This document shows, in pieces, positions 38,515 through 48,428 of a stretch of DNA of 64,000 bases. Location of the stretch: positions 122,102-186,101 of the forward strand of contig MFPS01000009.1 of the NCBI GenBank assembly GCA_001782825.1, written 5' to 3'. A model generated the notes under the pieces. That model saw only the letters and a program-made list of their open reading frames with translations, was not told the DNA's origin and made no database searches. Positions within the stretch are counted from its first letter, which is position 1. Each line of letters begins with the position of its first letter. The position numbers and the translations under genes were made by a program. The stretch comes from Candidatus Magasanikbacteria bacterium RIFCSPHIGHO2_01_FULL_33_34 (GTDB taxonomy: Bacteria > Patescibacteriota > Patescibacteriia > Magasanikbacterales > UBA922).

Positions 38515-38520
38515 TTTATA

Positions 38521-39903
38521 TTACATTGTTTGTTGAATAATTTTTACAGCATTTCCTATTAAACCAATATTTCTCTTGAGTTCACTTTCTTTTTCTCCAA
38601 CTGGTTTTAAGTAATTGCTAAATAATTCATCAAATGCTTTTTCTGCTGAAATAATATTTTTACCTCTATACCAATTTTCTGCTGTGATTGCTTGTAATGC
38701 AAACGGGCCAATATTCACATCTTCTTTTTGTACCAATAATTGCTCGCGCAAAGGACTTGGTTGACCAGTTTTTTTGGAATATTTTTCAACATTTTCAGGC
38801 AATGTTATGAATCTAACAAAATCCCATGCCTCTGATTTGTGTTGCGATTTTGCAACCACAGACTCAACCCAATAATTAGCGACGTTTGAAGGATCTGCAG
38901 AATTCAACTGTGGTACTGGCTCAATATCAAATTTAATCTGAGGGCCTCTAGCTTTAAGCCGAGGGAGATCATAGGCAAAACCAAAATAAAATACGCTTTT
39001 ACCACGCGCAAATTCATCCAATGAATTCGCCATTTTTGCATTCCAGGAATATACATCTTTTGTTGGTCTGGCAAAATCAGAATAAAATTGTAATGTTTGA
39101 AGTACAGGATGATCACTTGACCTGTCAGTCAACCCATTAGCAAAAGTTACTCTATCTCCCTGTGACATAATGAGACTATTTTGCATCATCAACAAAGAAA
39201 TTATATCAAAAGAATTATCAATATTTTCCCCAAGACCTAGGGCAACTCCTGATTGGATAATATTACCATCACGATCATATTTGGTTGATTTTTTGACAGC
39301 ACTAGAAAACTCATCCCAAGTTTTTGGTGGAATTGGAATTCCAGCTTTATCAAGCAATTCTACATTGTAATACATCGCCAATGTATCCATAAACAAAGGA
39401 AGTCCATAAACTTTGTCACCTACAATAATATCCTGCGCTACCGTTGTCACATATGATTTTTTGATATAATCAATTGTTGGCATTGCATTATTTTCTGTTG
39501 AAATAACAGTTTTTGGTTTAAATTCACCTTCAGTAAAAACATTAGTTACTTGAACATTATCAGGCATAGGATCAAGCCTATTCAAATATTTGTTAACCCA
39601 TCTAGGATGCATAGAAACAATATCCGGAGCATTATCATCAGCCAAAGCATTGGCAAACAAACTATCAAATTCATCATATCTAACTTGTTTTACTTTTATA
39701 GTTACATAACTATGCAAATTTTGATATGAGACTGCAAATGATCTCAACGCATCAACATCATTATAAACAGTCCAGTAATTTATTGTGATTGGTTTTACTG
39801 CTTCTTGTTGTTCTTGTGTAAGACCTTTACAACCCAACCCAGTCAAAACAAATATACTTATCAAAGAAAATATTATTAAGTATCTTTTATTTATTAATTT
39901 CAT
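38521..39903 (-). CDS. Extracellular solute-binding lipoprotein (sugar-binding family 1-like)
   Basis: Lipobox LTGLGC, PDIV, YGLPLFMDTLAMYYN..LL, PPKTWDEF, AWDFVRF. Confidence 0.85.
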   Translation of the reverse strand: MKLINKRYLIIFSLISIFVLTGLGCKGLTQEQQEAVKPITINYWTVYNDVDALRSFAVSYQNLHSYVTIKVKQVRYDEFDSLFANALADDNAPDIVSMHPRWVNKYLNRLDPMPDNVQVTNVFTEGEFKPKTVISTENNAMPTIDYIKKSYVTTVAQDIIVGDKVYGLPLFMDTLAMYYNVELLDKAGIPIPPKTWDEFSSAVKKSTKYDRDGNIIQSGVALGLGENIDNSFDIISLLMMQNSLIMSQGDRVTFANGLTDRSSDHPVLQTLQFYSDFARPTKDVYSWNAKMANSLDEFARGKSVFYFGFAYDLPRLKARGPQIKFDIEPVPQLNSADPSNVANYWVESVVAKSQHKSEAWDFVRFITLPENVEKYSKKTGQPSPLREQLLVQKEDVNIGPFALQAITAENWYRGKNIISAEKAFDELFSNYLKPVGEKESELKRNIGLIGNAVKIIQQTM

Positions 39904-39908
39904 ATTAT

Positions 39909-41201
39909 TTATACAAATAAACCAAATATAAATTTAAGTATAACATAACTAGACAAAATTACTACGACACCCAAAGATGACCAAGTCATCATTTTCAAAG
40001 CTTTACTAGTTTTCTCAGAATTCCCTCTAGCAGTCATCCACATAAATCCACTACCAACAAACATAGCGAGCGCCACACTGCCAGTGAAACCTAATATATA
40101 TTCTATAATCTTACCAACCAAAGTTTGAATCTGTTCTGTTTTGGTCCCAGAACCCAATTTTAGTTTATTGAGATTAGCAATACTATCTCCAACATCACAA
40201 CCCAACAACCCCGGTCTTTCACCTGTCTTTGGGCAAAGGCCTTCACATTCACGTGCTATATATTCTCTACATTTTGTTAAGGCTTCTCCAGTACCTTCTC
40301 CTTCTTTTTTACATACTTCATCAATTTGTGTCTGATCTTCACAAAAACTTAACACAGGTTTATCTTCAACCGCTTCTAATACAGTTTTGCAAGTAACATC
40401 AAACCAAAAATCTGGAAATAATTGATCAGAAAAATTAACTAAACCACATTTATCATAAGTAAAATTTGTTTGTATCCATTCTTTATCAAGACATTTTTTT
40501 TCTTCAACTGGCTGTTCTACTAGTGTTGGTATACCACAAAAACCATGACCATCTTCAGTAAAACTTAATTCACAATTAACTTGATTGACAGATCCACCAC
40601 AACCAAAACCCCCTTCATCATCTGTATTAATAAAACTACAATTAGCATTTGGAATTATTCTGATTACTCGTGTAGGTATTGGTTGGAATGCTAGTGGACC
40701 AATCCCAGGGGTAGTAGGCATACTACCAAGTATAGGACTACAATTGTCCTTAAACAGTCCCTCATCAAACGTATAACCACCAATTGTACTGGCAAACTCT
40801 CTAACAAATTTTTGTATTGCTTCAGTAAAACTAAAACAAGCAAAGCCACTTTCTGGAAATGCAATACTACCCAAATTTCCTGCAAGCGCACGATAACCAG
40901 ATGCCTCAAGATTCCTACGAACCCCATGACATGACGGGCAATCATCAGTACTTATACCAGTCGGAGGGACTTGCATATTTCTTATACTGATACTACAGCT
41001 ACATTGCCCAGCATCAGTCTTACTTCTGACAACCACTGCTTCTCCCAAAGAAGTAGTATATTCAGGTGGTGTAGCAGATTGAAAATTAGCGCATTGTTGA
41101 TTGGTCTGCGCATTAACTTTTACTCCAAAAAATAATCCTGTTATCAAAGAAGTAAAAAATAATATAGTAATAAATATTTTTTTTGAAAAAAATATACTCA
41201 T
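39909..41201 (-). CDS. Large Cys-rich variable domain fused to a C-terminal pilin domain
   Basis: Start MSIFF at 41201; C-terminus GSVALAMFVGSGFMWMTARGNSEK nearly identical to 42246-43373. Confidence 0.75.
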   Translation of the reverse strand: MSIFFSKKIFITILFFTSLITGLFFGVKVNAQTNQQCANFQSATPPEYTTSLGEAVVVRSKTDAGQCSCSISIRNMQVPPTGISTDDCPSCHGVRRNLEASGYRALAGNLGSIAFPESGFACFSFTEAIQKFVREFASTIGGYTFDEGLFKDNCSPILGSMPTTPGIGPLAFQPIPTRVIRIIPNANCSFINTDDEGGFGCGGSVNQVNCELSFTEDGHGFCGIPTLVEQPVEEKKCLDKEWIQTNFTYDKCGLVNFSDQLFPDFWFDVTCKTVLEAVEDKPVLSFCEDQTQIDEVCKKEGEGTGEALTKCREYIARECEGLCPKTGERPGLLGCDVGDSIANLNKLKLGSGTKTEQIQTLVGKIIEYILGFTGSVALAMFVGSGFMWMTARGNSEKTSKALKMMTWSSLGVVVILSSYVILKFIFGLFV

Positions 41202-41205
41202 AAAT

Positions 41206-42240
41206 TTATTCTGGTCTAAATTCAATACTGACACCAAATGATTTTATAATAAAATCTGTTATAAAATACGCGCCAAACACAATGATTAACCCTATCACAG
41301 CTGCCACTATTATGCCCTTACCTTTGGCTACCTTCTCTTGATTTCCAAAAGACAAAACCATAGTAATACCACCTATAATGAAAAAAATAAAAGCAAGAGC
41401 GCCCACATATTTGAATATTTCTTTGGCAAACATAAGTGGTACACCTAGCAAATCCCCAATACTATTACAAGTTCCAGCGACTGCACATGGTGGCATAAAT
41501 TTGCCACTATCTCTAGTACCATAAGTTTCATTTATATATTGTTGATATTCATCAATACACGTAGTTGATTCAAAATCCCATTTACATTTGTTACTTCTAG
41601 CACAATCAAATTCACTATTTATGTGTGGACATTCACTACCTCTCTCTGCTTCAAAACATGTTCCTTGTCCTTCAGACCAAAAACAAGCTCCTGTGTTATT
41701 ACAAGATCGTTTATCATTCTTGTTATGACATTCATCAATTCCATTGTATTTTCTCCAATAATCTACAGCAGTATTACATATATCTGAATATTTAGGTGGA
41801 GGCACATAATCCAAACATTTCATTTCAGTCTCCATATACTGTGGACATTCAGTTGGCAAACCTTCTCCTCCCATAACTCCTGAAATAAACTCAACTTGAT
41901 CAAGTTTATCTGATATACCACTCAAACCTCTACCAACTATAGCCCCAAAATCAAAAAGACCAAAATATTCATTGCAATTACTTTTTGTTTGTACACCTAT
42001 TTTACATGGCTTTGCTGTTGTTTTTAAACGACACCCTGATAAACTCCAATCACTTGTACACCTGTCCATACCTACTACATCCCCTATCCATGTTTTTCCA
42101 CACCAATTCGTCCAACTGCTTTTCTCTGTTCTAATTTCATTAATACAACAAACTGGCTCACTTTCACCTTGAGCAAAAACAATATTTGGACTAAAAAATA
42201 ATCCCATTACAAATATGCTGATTATTAAAAACTTTTTCAT
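41206..42240 (-). CDS. Cys-rich domain fused to a C-terminal pilin domain
   Basis: Paralog of 37693-38514 (GTCNS...IFKY.GA..F...GG..MVLSFGN). Confidence 0.75.
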   Translation of the reverse strand: MKKFLIISIFVMGLFFSPNIVFAQGESEPVCCINEIRTEKSSWTNWCGKTWIGDVVGMDRCTSDWSLSGCRLKTTAKPCKIGVQTKSNCNEYFGLFDFGAIVGRGLSGISDKLDQVEFISGVMGGEGLPTECPQYMETEMKCLDYVPPPKYSDICNTAVDYWRKYNGIDECHNKNDKRSCNNTGACFWSEGQGTCFEAERGSECPHINSEFDCARSNKCKWDFESTTCIDEYQQYINETYGTRDSGKFMPPCAVAGTCNSIGDLLGVPLMFAKEIFKYVGALAFIFFIIGGITMVLSFGNQEKVAKGKGIIVAAVIGLIIVFGAYFITDFIIKSFGVSIEFRPE

Positions 42241-42245
42241 AAAAA

Positions 42246-43373
42246 TTAACTAAAAATACTGAAAATAAAATCCAAAATCACATAACTAGACAAGATTACC
42301 ACAACACCCAAAGATGACCACGTCATCATTTTCAAAGCTTTGCTAGTTTTTTCAGAATTCCCTCCTGCAGTCATCCACAAAAATCCACTGCCAACAAACA
42401 TAGCGAGCGCCACACTACCGGTGAAGCCCAATATATACTCTATAACCCTACCTAAAAATGTTTGGATTGGTTGATCCCCTTCAATATTAAGTTGATTTAA
42501 AGCTCCATAAAGTTTTGCCACATCACAACCCAAATTACCCTTTTCTGAACCATCAGCACATTTTCCTTCACATTCATTTATCAATCTTTCCACACAATTA
42601 TCTAATTCATCTCCAGAAATTCCATCTTTACTTTTTTTACAATACTCTGATATTTTATCAACTGAACAATTTTCAAATAAATTCTCATCAATATCATCTT
42701 TAGTATGTAGTTTACAAGTCAAACTAAAATCTAATACATCATTATGCACTAGCCCCATCCAACTACAACCTCGTTCACTACAGATTCTATTTATCTCCTC
42801 AGTCCAATTTATAATTAAATTAAAATCATAAGTATCACCTTCACAATTTGATTCATTTATAATACCTTCAGTAGTACCTAATCGTTCTCTCATGCTTTGT
42901 TCTGTAGCAATCAAATCACCAACCAAAAAATTACAATTACTATTTATCATTGCAGCTCTAAAAGCATCGAACAAATCAAACCTAGAATTCAAAGCATAAA
43001 CTGTTGTACTCTGTCCTTGACAATATTGAGTTGATGGCCCTAATTCTTCATAATTAGGACTGTTTACTCCTATTACTTTTGCTCTACTGATTTGCAATCC
43101 ACATTCACAATATCCTGTTTCATATAATTTTTTTTTATATTCAACATATGCAACACATTCTGCTCTTCTGGCATCAGTACAATCACTACCATAATCCTCC
43201 AATATATTACATATATCTGTGTAATACTCTTGAGCACCCACAGAATCACAATCTTCATTGTAGCCTGGTTGATTTGTACTATCTAATTGCGCAGAAACAT
43301 TTTGAGTAAATACAAAAAATAAAAGCGCTATAAAAAAAGCTTTTAAAAAATAAATTTTTTTTCTTGCCTTCAT
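42246..43373 (-). CDS. Large Cys-rich variable domain fused to a C-terminal pilin domain
   Basis: Signal peptide (VSAQ), Cys-rich region, GSGFLWMTAGGNSEKTSKA pilin core. Confidence 0.75.
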   Translation of the reverse strand: MKARKKIYFLKAFFIALLFFVFTQNVSAQLDSTNQPGYNEDCDSVGAQEYYTDICNILEDYGSDCTDARRAECVAYVEYKKKLYETGYCECGLQISRAKVIGVNSPNYEELGPSTQYCQGQSTTVYALNSRFDLFDAFRAAMINSNCNFLVGDLIATEQSMRERLGTTEGIINESNCEGDTYDFNLIINWTEEINRICSERGCSWMGLVHNDVLDFSLTCKLHTKDDIDENLFENCSVDKISEYCKKSKDGISGDELDNCVERLINECEGKCADGSEKGNLGCDVAKLYGALNQLNIEGDQPIQTFLGRVIEYILGFTGSVALAMFVGSGFLWMTAGGNSEKTSKALKMMTWSSLGVVVILSSYVILDFIFSIFS

Positions 43374-43388
43374 TTTATTAAATTATTT

Positions 43389-44237
43389 TTACAACAACCC
43401 TTCCTTCTTGGCGAAATGAATAGTTGTTTTTAATAAGGCTAATTTGTTTCCGGTATCAAAATATTGACCATCATATTCATAAGCATAAAATGGTTTTTTT
43501 TGTGTCAATGAATTGGCTGCGTCAGACAACCATATCTCACCATCTTTACCTTTGCCTTGATCCTCTAAATGACTCCAGATATCCTTGGTAAAAATATATC
43601 TCATACCACCGACAATTAATCCAAATGGTGAAGTCTTGGATACTGCTGGTTTTTCTACAAATTTTTCCACCCGAAAAATTTTTTTGTCTTTTGTTCCTTT
43701 TGCGTAGACATTGCCATATTTGGTCATTTCTTGTGGGTCTTCAATTCGCTGTACACCAATCACTGATGAACCAACCTCATTAAAAACTTTCACCAATTGT
43801 TTGATAACTGGAACTTCCGCATCAATGATACTGTCACCATCAGAAAAAGCAAAAGCATCGTCTCCTATAAAATCCTTGGCACACAATAGCGCATGTCCAT
43901 TACCTTTTGGTTCACTTTGACGAGTATAAAAAAACCGTACTTTTTTACAAAGATCAATCAAAGGTTGAACTCTATCCAATTTTCCTTTGCTCTCCAAGAA
44001 CCTTTCAAGCGCCTCATCTCGATCAAAATGATCCTCAATAGCTCGCTTTTGAGAGCTAGTTACAAACATAATATCTGTGATTCCACTCTCTGCCATTTCC
44101 TCAACAATATATTGAACTACCGGCTTATCAAGCACCGGCAACATTTCTTTTGGCATGGCCTTGGTAGCTGGCAAAAATCTAGTCCCCACCCCAGCAACGG
44201 TAATAACTCCTTTGGTTATTTTTGTTTGTTTTGGCAT
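43389..44237 (-). CDS. galU: UTP--glucose-1-phosphate uridylyltransferase
   Basis: AGVGTRFLPATKAMPKEMLP..DKP, RQSEPKGNGHA, VEKP, GEIWLSDA. Confidence 0.92.
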   Translation of the reverse strand: MPKQTKITKGVITVAGVGTRFLPATKAMPKEMLPVLDKPVVQYIVEEMAESGITDIMFVTSSQKRAIEDHFDRDEALERFLESKGKLDRVQPLIDLCKKVRFFYTRQSEPKGNGHALLCAKDFIGDDAFAFSDGDSIIDAEVPVIKQLVKVFNEVGSSVIGVQRIEDPQEMTKYGNVYAKGTKDKKIFRVEKFVEKPAVSKTSPFGLIVGGMRYIFTKDIWSHLEDQGKGKDGEIWLSDAANSLTQKKPFYAYEYDGQYFDTGNKLALLKTTIHFAKKEGLL

Positions 44238-44307
44238 ATCTTTTATCAGTTATTAACACAGATATTATAGCAAAAAAAATATTAAAAATAAAGAGTCTAA
44301 AATTAAA

Positions 44308-45603
44308 TTATTGTATTGTCTCCAGCCAATTGCCAATAAGCCAACCACCACCCGGACCACTAGTAAAATTCAAATTCACCAAACCAGATTCATAAATAAT
44401 AGTTGAATTATTTTCAACTTGCATTTGATAGGCCGTAGCTTCTTTCAAAGTAGCTGAATTTTGTATAAACAATAATCCATAAGGCGCATATAATATTCCC
44501 CGAAGTTGAGTATTGTTTTGCATCATTATAGCTGGATCAGAAGTATCCAATTGATTAGCAGTCGTAATAAACATTATATAACTATCATTTGGAGTATTGC
44601 AGTCCACAATATCTTCATTATAACCCTCAGAACCACAAATTATTACATTATTTTTTAGATCAATATCACCATCTACTATCATAACCCCACTATTATCCCC
44701 ATAACCAGCATTCAATTCAATTCCGGCACTATTTTCCAAAACTAAATTTCCAGTTACCCATACTGTTCCATCAAATGTAAAAGTATCATCACCGTTACCA
44801 CTTATTCTTAAATCTCCATTAATCCTAACTGGCCCCAAAGAAAAATCCATATCATCAATATCCTGTGTACCAATTGTACCACCCGCAAGAGCGGCCGCTT
44901 TCCAACTATTTATTTGATCATCTGTTATAGGAAAATCTACAGTATCGGGATCCGCACTACCCGGAAATTCAGCTCCATTAAAAGTATTACCACCACTATC
45001 AACCGCATAATATGCATCACCATCAACAACAGTATCTGTAATTGTATGAGCACGAACATCTCCACCAACATTAAAATTATCAACCAGACCAGATGGACCA
45101 GCAACCCAAACATCACCAGTTGCATTAGCAGAGTTCACTCCAACAATATTACCATTTGAATATATACTCCCTTCAATTGTACTATCATTTTTCATTAAAA
45201 TTCCACCTTGACCCACCTGCATACCATAATTAAAACTAATCCCTTCTGTTGCTGGCACTAAACTAACTTCCACACCTCTCACAAATGAATCCTTGTCTGC
45301 AAATGATTCTATAACATAAACTCCATCATCCAAACCAAGACCTATTTCAGCCGTAGCACCTGCCAATGACAAAGTATATTCCCAATCATAAGACAAATCC
45401 GGATCAATCATTCGAAGTAACATATCTTCCAATCCTGCCTCAGCCGTATAATAACTTTGCGCTGAACCAACTACATTGCGAATTAATTTTTCTCTGGATA
45501 TCATCGATGAAGTTAAACTCATCACAATAATAAGACCAACTATGGTTGCCAAAAGCACACTGACAATTGCTGAATATCCTTTATTATTTAATAATTTACC
45601 CAT
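44308..45603 (-). CDS. Type IV minor pilin, PilX-like, with large C-terminal beta-rich domain
   Basis: KG|YSAIV prepilin-like leader, QSYYTAEAGLED motif, GILYAPYG. Confidence 0.75.
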   Translation of the reverse strand: MGKLLNNKGYSAIVSVLLATIVGLIIVMSLTSSMISREKLIRNVVGSAQSYYTAEAGLEDMLLRMIDPDLSYDWEYTLSLAGATAEIGLGLDDGVYVIESFADKDSFVRGVEVSLVPATEGISFNYGMQVGQGGILMKNDSTIEGSIYSNGNIVGVNSANATGDVWVAGPSGLVDNFNVGGDVRAHTITDTVVDGDAYYAVDSGGNTFNGAEFPGSADPDTVDFPITDDQINSWKAAALAGGTIGTQDIDDMDFSLGPVRINGDLRISGNGDDTFTFDGTVWVTGNLVLENSAGIELNAGYGDNSGVMIVDGDIDLKNNVIICGSEGYNEDIVDCNTPNDSYIMFITTANQLDTSDPAIMMQNNTQLRGILYAPYGLLFIQNSATLKEATAYQMQVENNSTIIYESGLVNLNFTSGPGGGWLIGNWLETIQ

Positions 45604-45607
45604 AATA

Positions 45608-46147
45608 TTAATATGATCTTAATGATGCGGTTGTTGTCAAAGTAACACTACTCTTTTCTTGAATTTCGGTCGACGGTGAATCATACGAAGCAGTGATTGA
45701 AACTCTCACCGCTTGATAGCTACCAGCAGAATTGATATGAGTGAATGTCAAATCATCAATTTTTGTTTTTTGAGATACAATTATTTCTGAGACAACTCCC
45801 TCTCTCTTCATATAAAGCCTATCCCCATCAACAAAAAAATCAATAAAAGTAATTGTTTCACCAACAGGCACATTATTTGTACTCTCCAAACTTAACTGCC
45901 CAGGACTTGAATCAAAAATACTTGTCGGTGTATAAATATTTGATGCATGCCTAATTTCTTGAGCAATGACTTCAAGCGCGCTTCTAGTATTTCCTAGGAC
46001 TTCACCTCTAGCTTGAATATTTAAATTATTTCTGACCAATTGAGGGAGAAAAGAAGCTACCATAGTCGTAATCAAAAGCATAATAAATATATACATCATC
46101 ATTTCTATCAAAGTAAATCCTTTTTTATTTTTTTTCAAAAAAAACAT
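45608..46147 (-). CDS. Type IV minor pilin (PilW-like)
   Basis: KKG|FTLIE prepilin cleavage/methylation site. Confidence 0.85.
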   Translation of the reverse strand: MFFLKKNKKGFTLIEMMMYIFIMLLITTMVASFLPQLVRNNLNIQARGEVLGNTRSALEVIAQEIRHASNIYTPTSIFDSSPGQLSLESTNNVPVGETITFIDFFVDGDRLYMKREGVVSEIIVSQKTKIDDLTFTHINSAGSYQAVRVSITASYDSPSTEIQEKSSVTLTTTASLRSY

Positions 46148-46150
46148 AAA

Positions 46151-46672
46151 CTAATTATTCAAAAAATTAGTTAAATAAGTTTCCAATACAACACTATTAG
46201 TTACACTTTTCTCCACCCAAGAAACTGTAACTACCACCCTCTTTGTTTTGGGGTCATCAGTGCCAACAACTGCAATATCATCATTTGCATCACGATTAAC
46301 CGCATAAATCGATATAGTTCTCGTAAAAGTTCCATTAATCAATGGCTGAGAAATAGTAGATAAAGTCCACAAATCACCCACCAAAACTGGATAATACACA
46401 GTACCACTAGTCAAAGTCGCTATATCATCAGTCCAACTAACATTTTTTATTGTTCTAACTATTTCAATACCCTCCTGAGCAAATTGCACTGCCTCAGTCT
46501 TTCTCAATGCTCTATGCATAGTTTGATTTGAAAAGAAAATTATACTATATATTGAACTGAAAAACATAAGAGCGATAGCGATAGCAATCACTACTTCTAC
46601 AATACTAAATCCAGAATTATTTTTTTTATTATTTTTATTTTGAATAAAATATTTTTTAAAAATTTTCAACAT
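46151..46672 (-). CDS. Type IV minor pilin (PilV-like)
   Basis: SG|FSIVE, AQEGIE..R, VVVTVSW. Confidence 0.82.
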   Translation of the reverse strand: MLKIFKKYFIQNKNNKKNNSGFSIVEVVIAIAIALMFFSSIYSIIFFSNQTMHRALRKTEAVQFAQEGIEIVRTIKNVSWTDDIATLTSGTVYYPVLVGDLWTLSTISQPLINGTFTRTISIYAVNRDANDDIAVVGTDDPKTKRVVVTVSWVEKSVTNSVVLETYLTNFLNN

Positions 46673-46676
46673 ATTA

Positions 46677-47534
46677 TTATTGAATAGACATTGTACCACC
46701 AAATACACCTACACTAGGTACACCATCTGCTGTAAACGATGCAATAGCATTGCCATCAACAGAAACATCTAGCATCTTTGTATTATATCTACCATCACGA
46801 TGTATACACAAAACAGTATCAAATTCATCCAATGAGTGAGTGTGTACCCTCAAAGTCTGAGGCTCACCATTTACATCAATAGTCCCAGTCCAATCAAACT
46901 CTGTTTCATCTGGATTAAAATAATCTGCCATTACAACAGTCTCATCAACATCTACTGTATCATCAAAATGAAGTTCTAAATCAGATGCACCTTGCAAACT
47001 CCACCCCAGTGCAAAATGAATATGTCTAGAATCTATTACTCTTGTATCTGTCAAATTTATTGTTCCCGCAAGACCTACTCGTCCAGAAGGCGATATTTTT
47101 ATTACTCTATTTTCATCATTGTCATCCACCAGTCTCAAAATAATATCACCTACATGGTCAGTTTTACCTGTAATCCGATCAAAAACGACTGACACGCCAA
47201 AAGTATTACCCCAAATATCTGTATACTCAACATTATCTGAAAAATAAAAAACTTCATTATTTGGATCATTTACATCCCAATCAAATCCCTTATATATGGC
47301 ATAATAAGTCGGCTCAAAACGAACCCCATATTGATCATTCTCCTTGGAAGAAAGAGTTCTTTCTGATGCTAAATGTAATGCAGAAATCACATCATTTACC
47401 GAAGTATTCAATTCTAATCTTTTGACAAACGATCTATAACTTACAAAACCACCAACTACCAAAATACTTGCTGTTGAAACAACCAATAAAATTTCTACAA
47501 GTGAAAAACCTCGTTTATTTAAACATTTAAGCAT
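46677..47534 (-). CDS. Type IV minor pilin (FimT/GspH-like)
   Basis: KRG|FSLVE, YGVRF; start taken at ATG 47534. Confidence 0.82.
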   Translation of the reverse strand: MLKCLNKRGFSLVEILLVVSTASILVVGGFVSYRSFVKRLELNTSVNDVISALHLASERTLSSKENDQYGVRFEPTYYAIYKGFDWDVNDPNNEVFYFSDNVEYTDIWGNTFGVSVVFDRITGKTDHVGDIILRLVDDNDENRVIKISPSGRVGLAGTINLTDTRVIDSRHIHFALGWSLQGASDLELHFDDTVDVDETVVMADYFNPDETEFDWTGTIDVNGEPQTLRVHTHSLDEFDTVLCIHRDGRYNTKMLDVSVDGNAIASFTADGVPSVGVFGGTMSIQ

Positions 47535-47638
47535 ATAAACATATAAACATTCCATCGTTCCCAATAACAAATAAATTATTTGATGCAAATTTTATTAAAA
47601 ACAAAATATGTTTATATGTTTGTATGTTTACATGTTAA
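47520..47638. repeat. Inverted arrays of an 8-bp unit (TAAACATA x4 / TATGTTTA x4)
   Basis: 47520-47551 and 47607-47638; the same arrangement occurs at 62449-62575. Confidence 0.8.
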
Positions 47639-47691
47639 GTATTATATCACAAAAAACAAAAAACCGCCCTTTCAGACGATTTTTCTGTTTT

Positions 47692-47904
47692 TTATTTTGG
47701 AACAAAGGCTAGCAATCCGGCGATTCTTGCCTGTTTGATAGCTTTTGTAACTTTGCGTTGATGAAACGCACATAGTCCACTGCGTCTTCTTGGAGCAATT
47801 TTCATATATGATGAAACAAATCTGCGTAGAGTTTGAATATCTTTATAATCAATTGCTTTTTTATTGTTAACACAGTAATGACATTGTCTTTCAGTTTTTT
47901 TCAT
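47692..47904 (-). CDS. rpsR: 30S ribosomal protein S18 (Zn-binding type)
   Basis: CHYC...IDYKD...KIAPRRRSGLCAFHQR...AIKQAR. Confidence 0.95.
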   Translation of the reverse strand: MKKTERQCHYCVNNKKAIDYKDIQTLRRFVSSYMKIAPRRRSGLCAFHQRKVTKAIKQARIAGLLAFVPK

Positions 47905-47940
47905 GATATGTCTATTAAGTAATAATTTCACTTGTTTCTA

Positions 47941-48378
47941 TTAAAATGGAATATCTTCTACTTTTACTTCGTCAATTGGTTCTTCTTGATAAGCAGGTCC
48001 AGAATCTTGGGTAGAGACAGTATTATCAGATGCAGGTGAACCACCAGTTCTACCACCATCTAACATTATCATATTGTCTACTACAATTTCTGTTTTATAT
48101 TTTTTGACACCATCAGTTCCAGTCCAATCACTAGTTTGCAATCGTCCTTCTACATAGACTCTCTTACCTTTTGACAAATATTGTCCTGCAATTTCGGCAA
48201 TCTTTCCCCAAAGGACACAATTGTGATATTCTGGCTTCTCTTGTTTTTGGCCAGCAGAATCAGTCCAAACTCTATTGGTTGCAATACCTAATTTTGTTAC
48301 AGTACGTCCACTAGGGGTGCTTTTTACTTCAGGGTCACGAGTCAAACGACCCAAAATTGTTGCTCTATTTAAATCCAT
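47941..48378 (-). CDS. ssb: Single-stranded DNA-binding protein
   Basis: LNRATILGRLTRDPE, KG.RVYVEGRLQT, C-terminal DIPF. Confidence 0.97.
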   Translation of the reverse strand: MDLNRATILGRLTRDPEVKSTPSGRTVTKLGIATNRVWTDSAGQKQEKPEYHNCVLWGKIAEIAGQYLSKGKRVYVEGRLQTSDWTGTDGVKKYKTEIVVDNMIMLDGGRTGGSPASDNTVSTQDSGPAYQEEPIDEVKVEDIPF

Positions 48379-48428
48379 ATTAATATTTTATGATTTAAGA
48401 TTGAGTTAAGCCAAATATTTATGACTTA

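Noticed and set aside
32561-43373. Diversity-generating retroelement or shufflon driving pilin variation
   Set aside because: No reverse transcriptase; paralog differences are mostly synonymous and not adenine-specific; no inverted cassettes, since all genes are co-oriented
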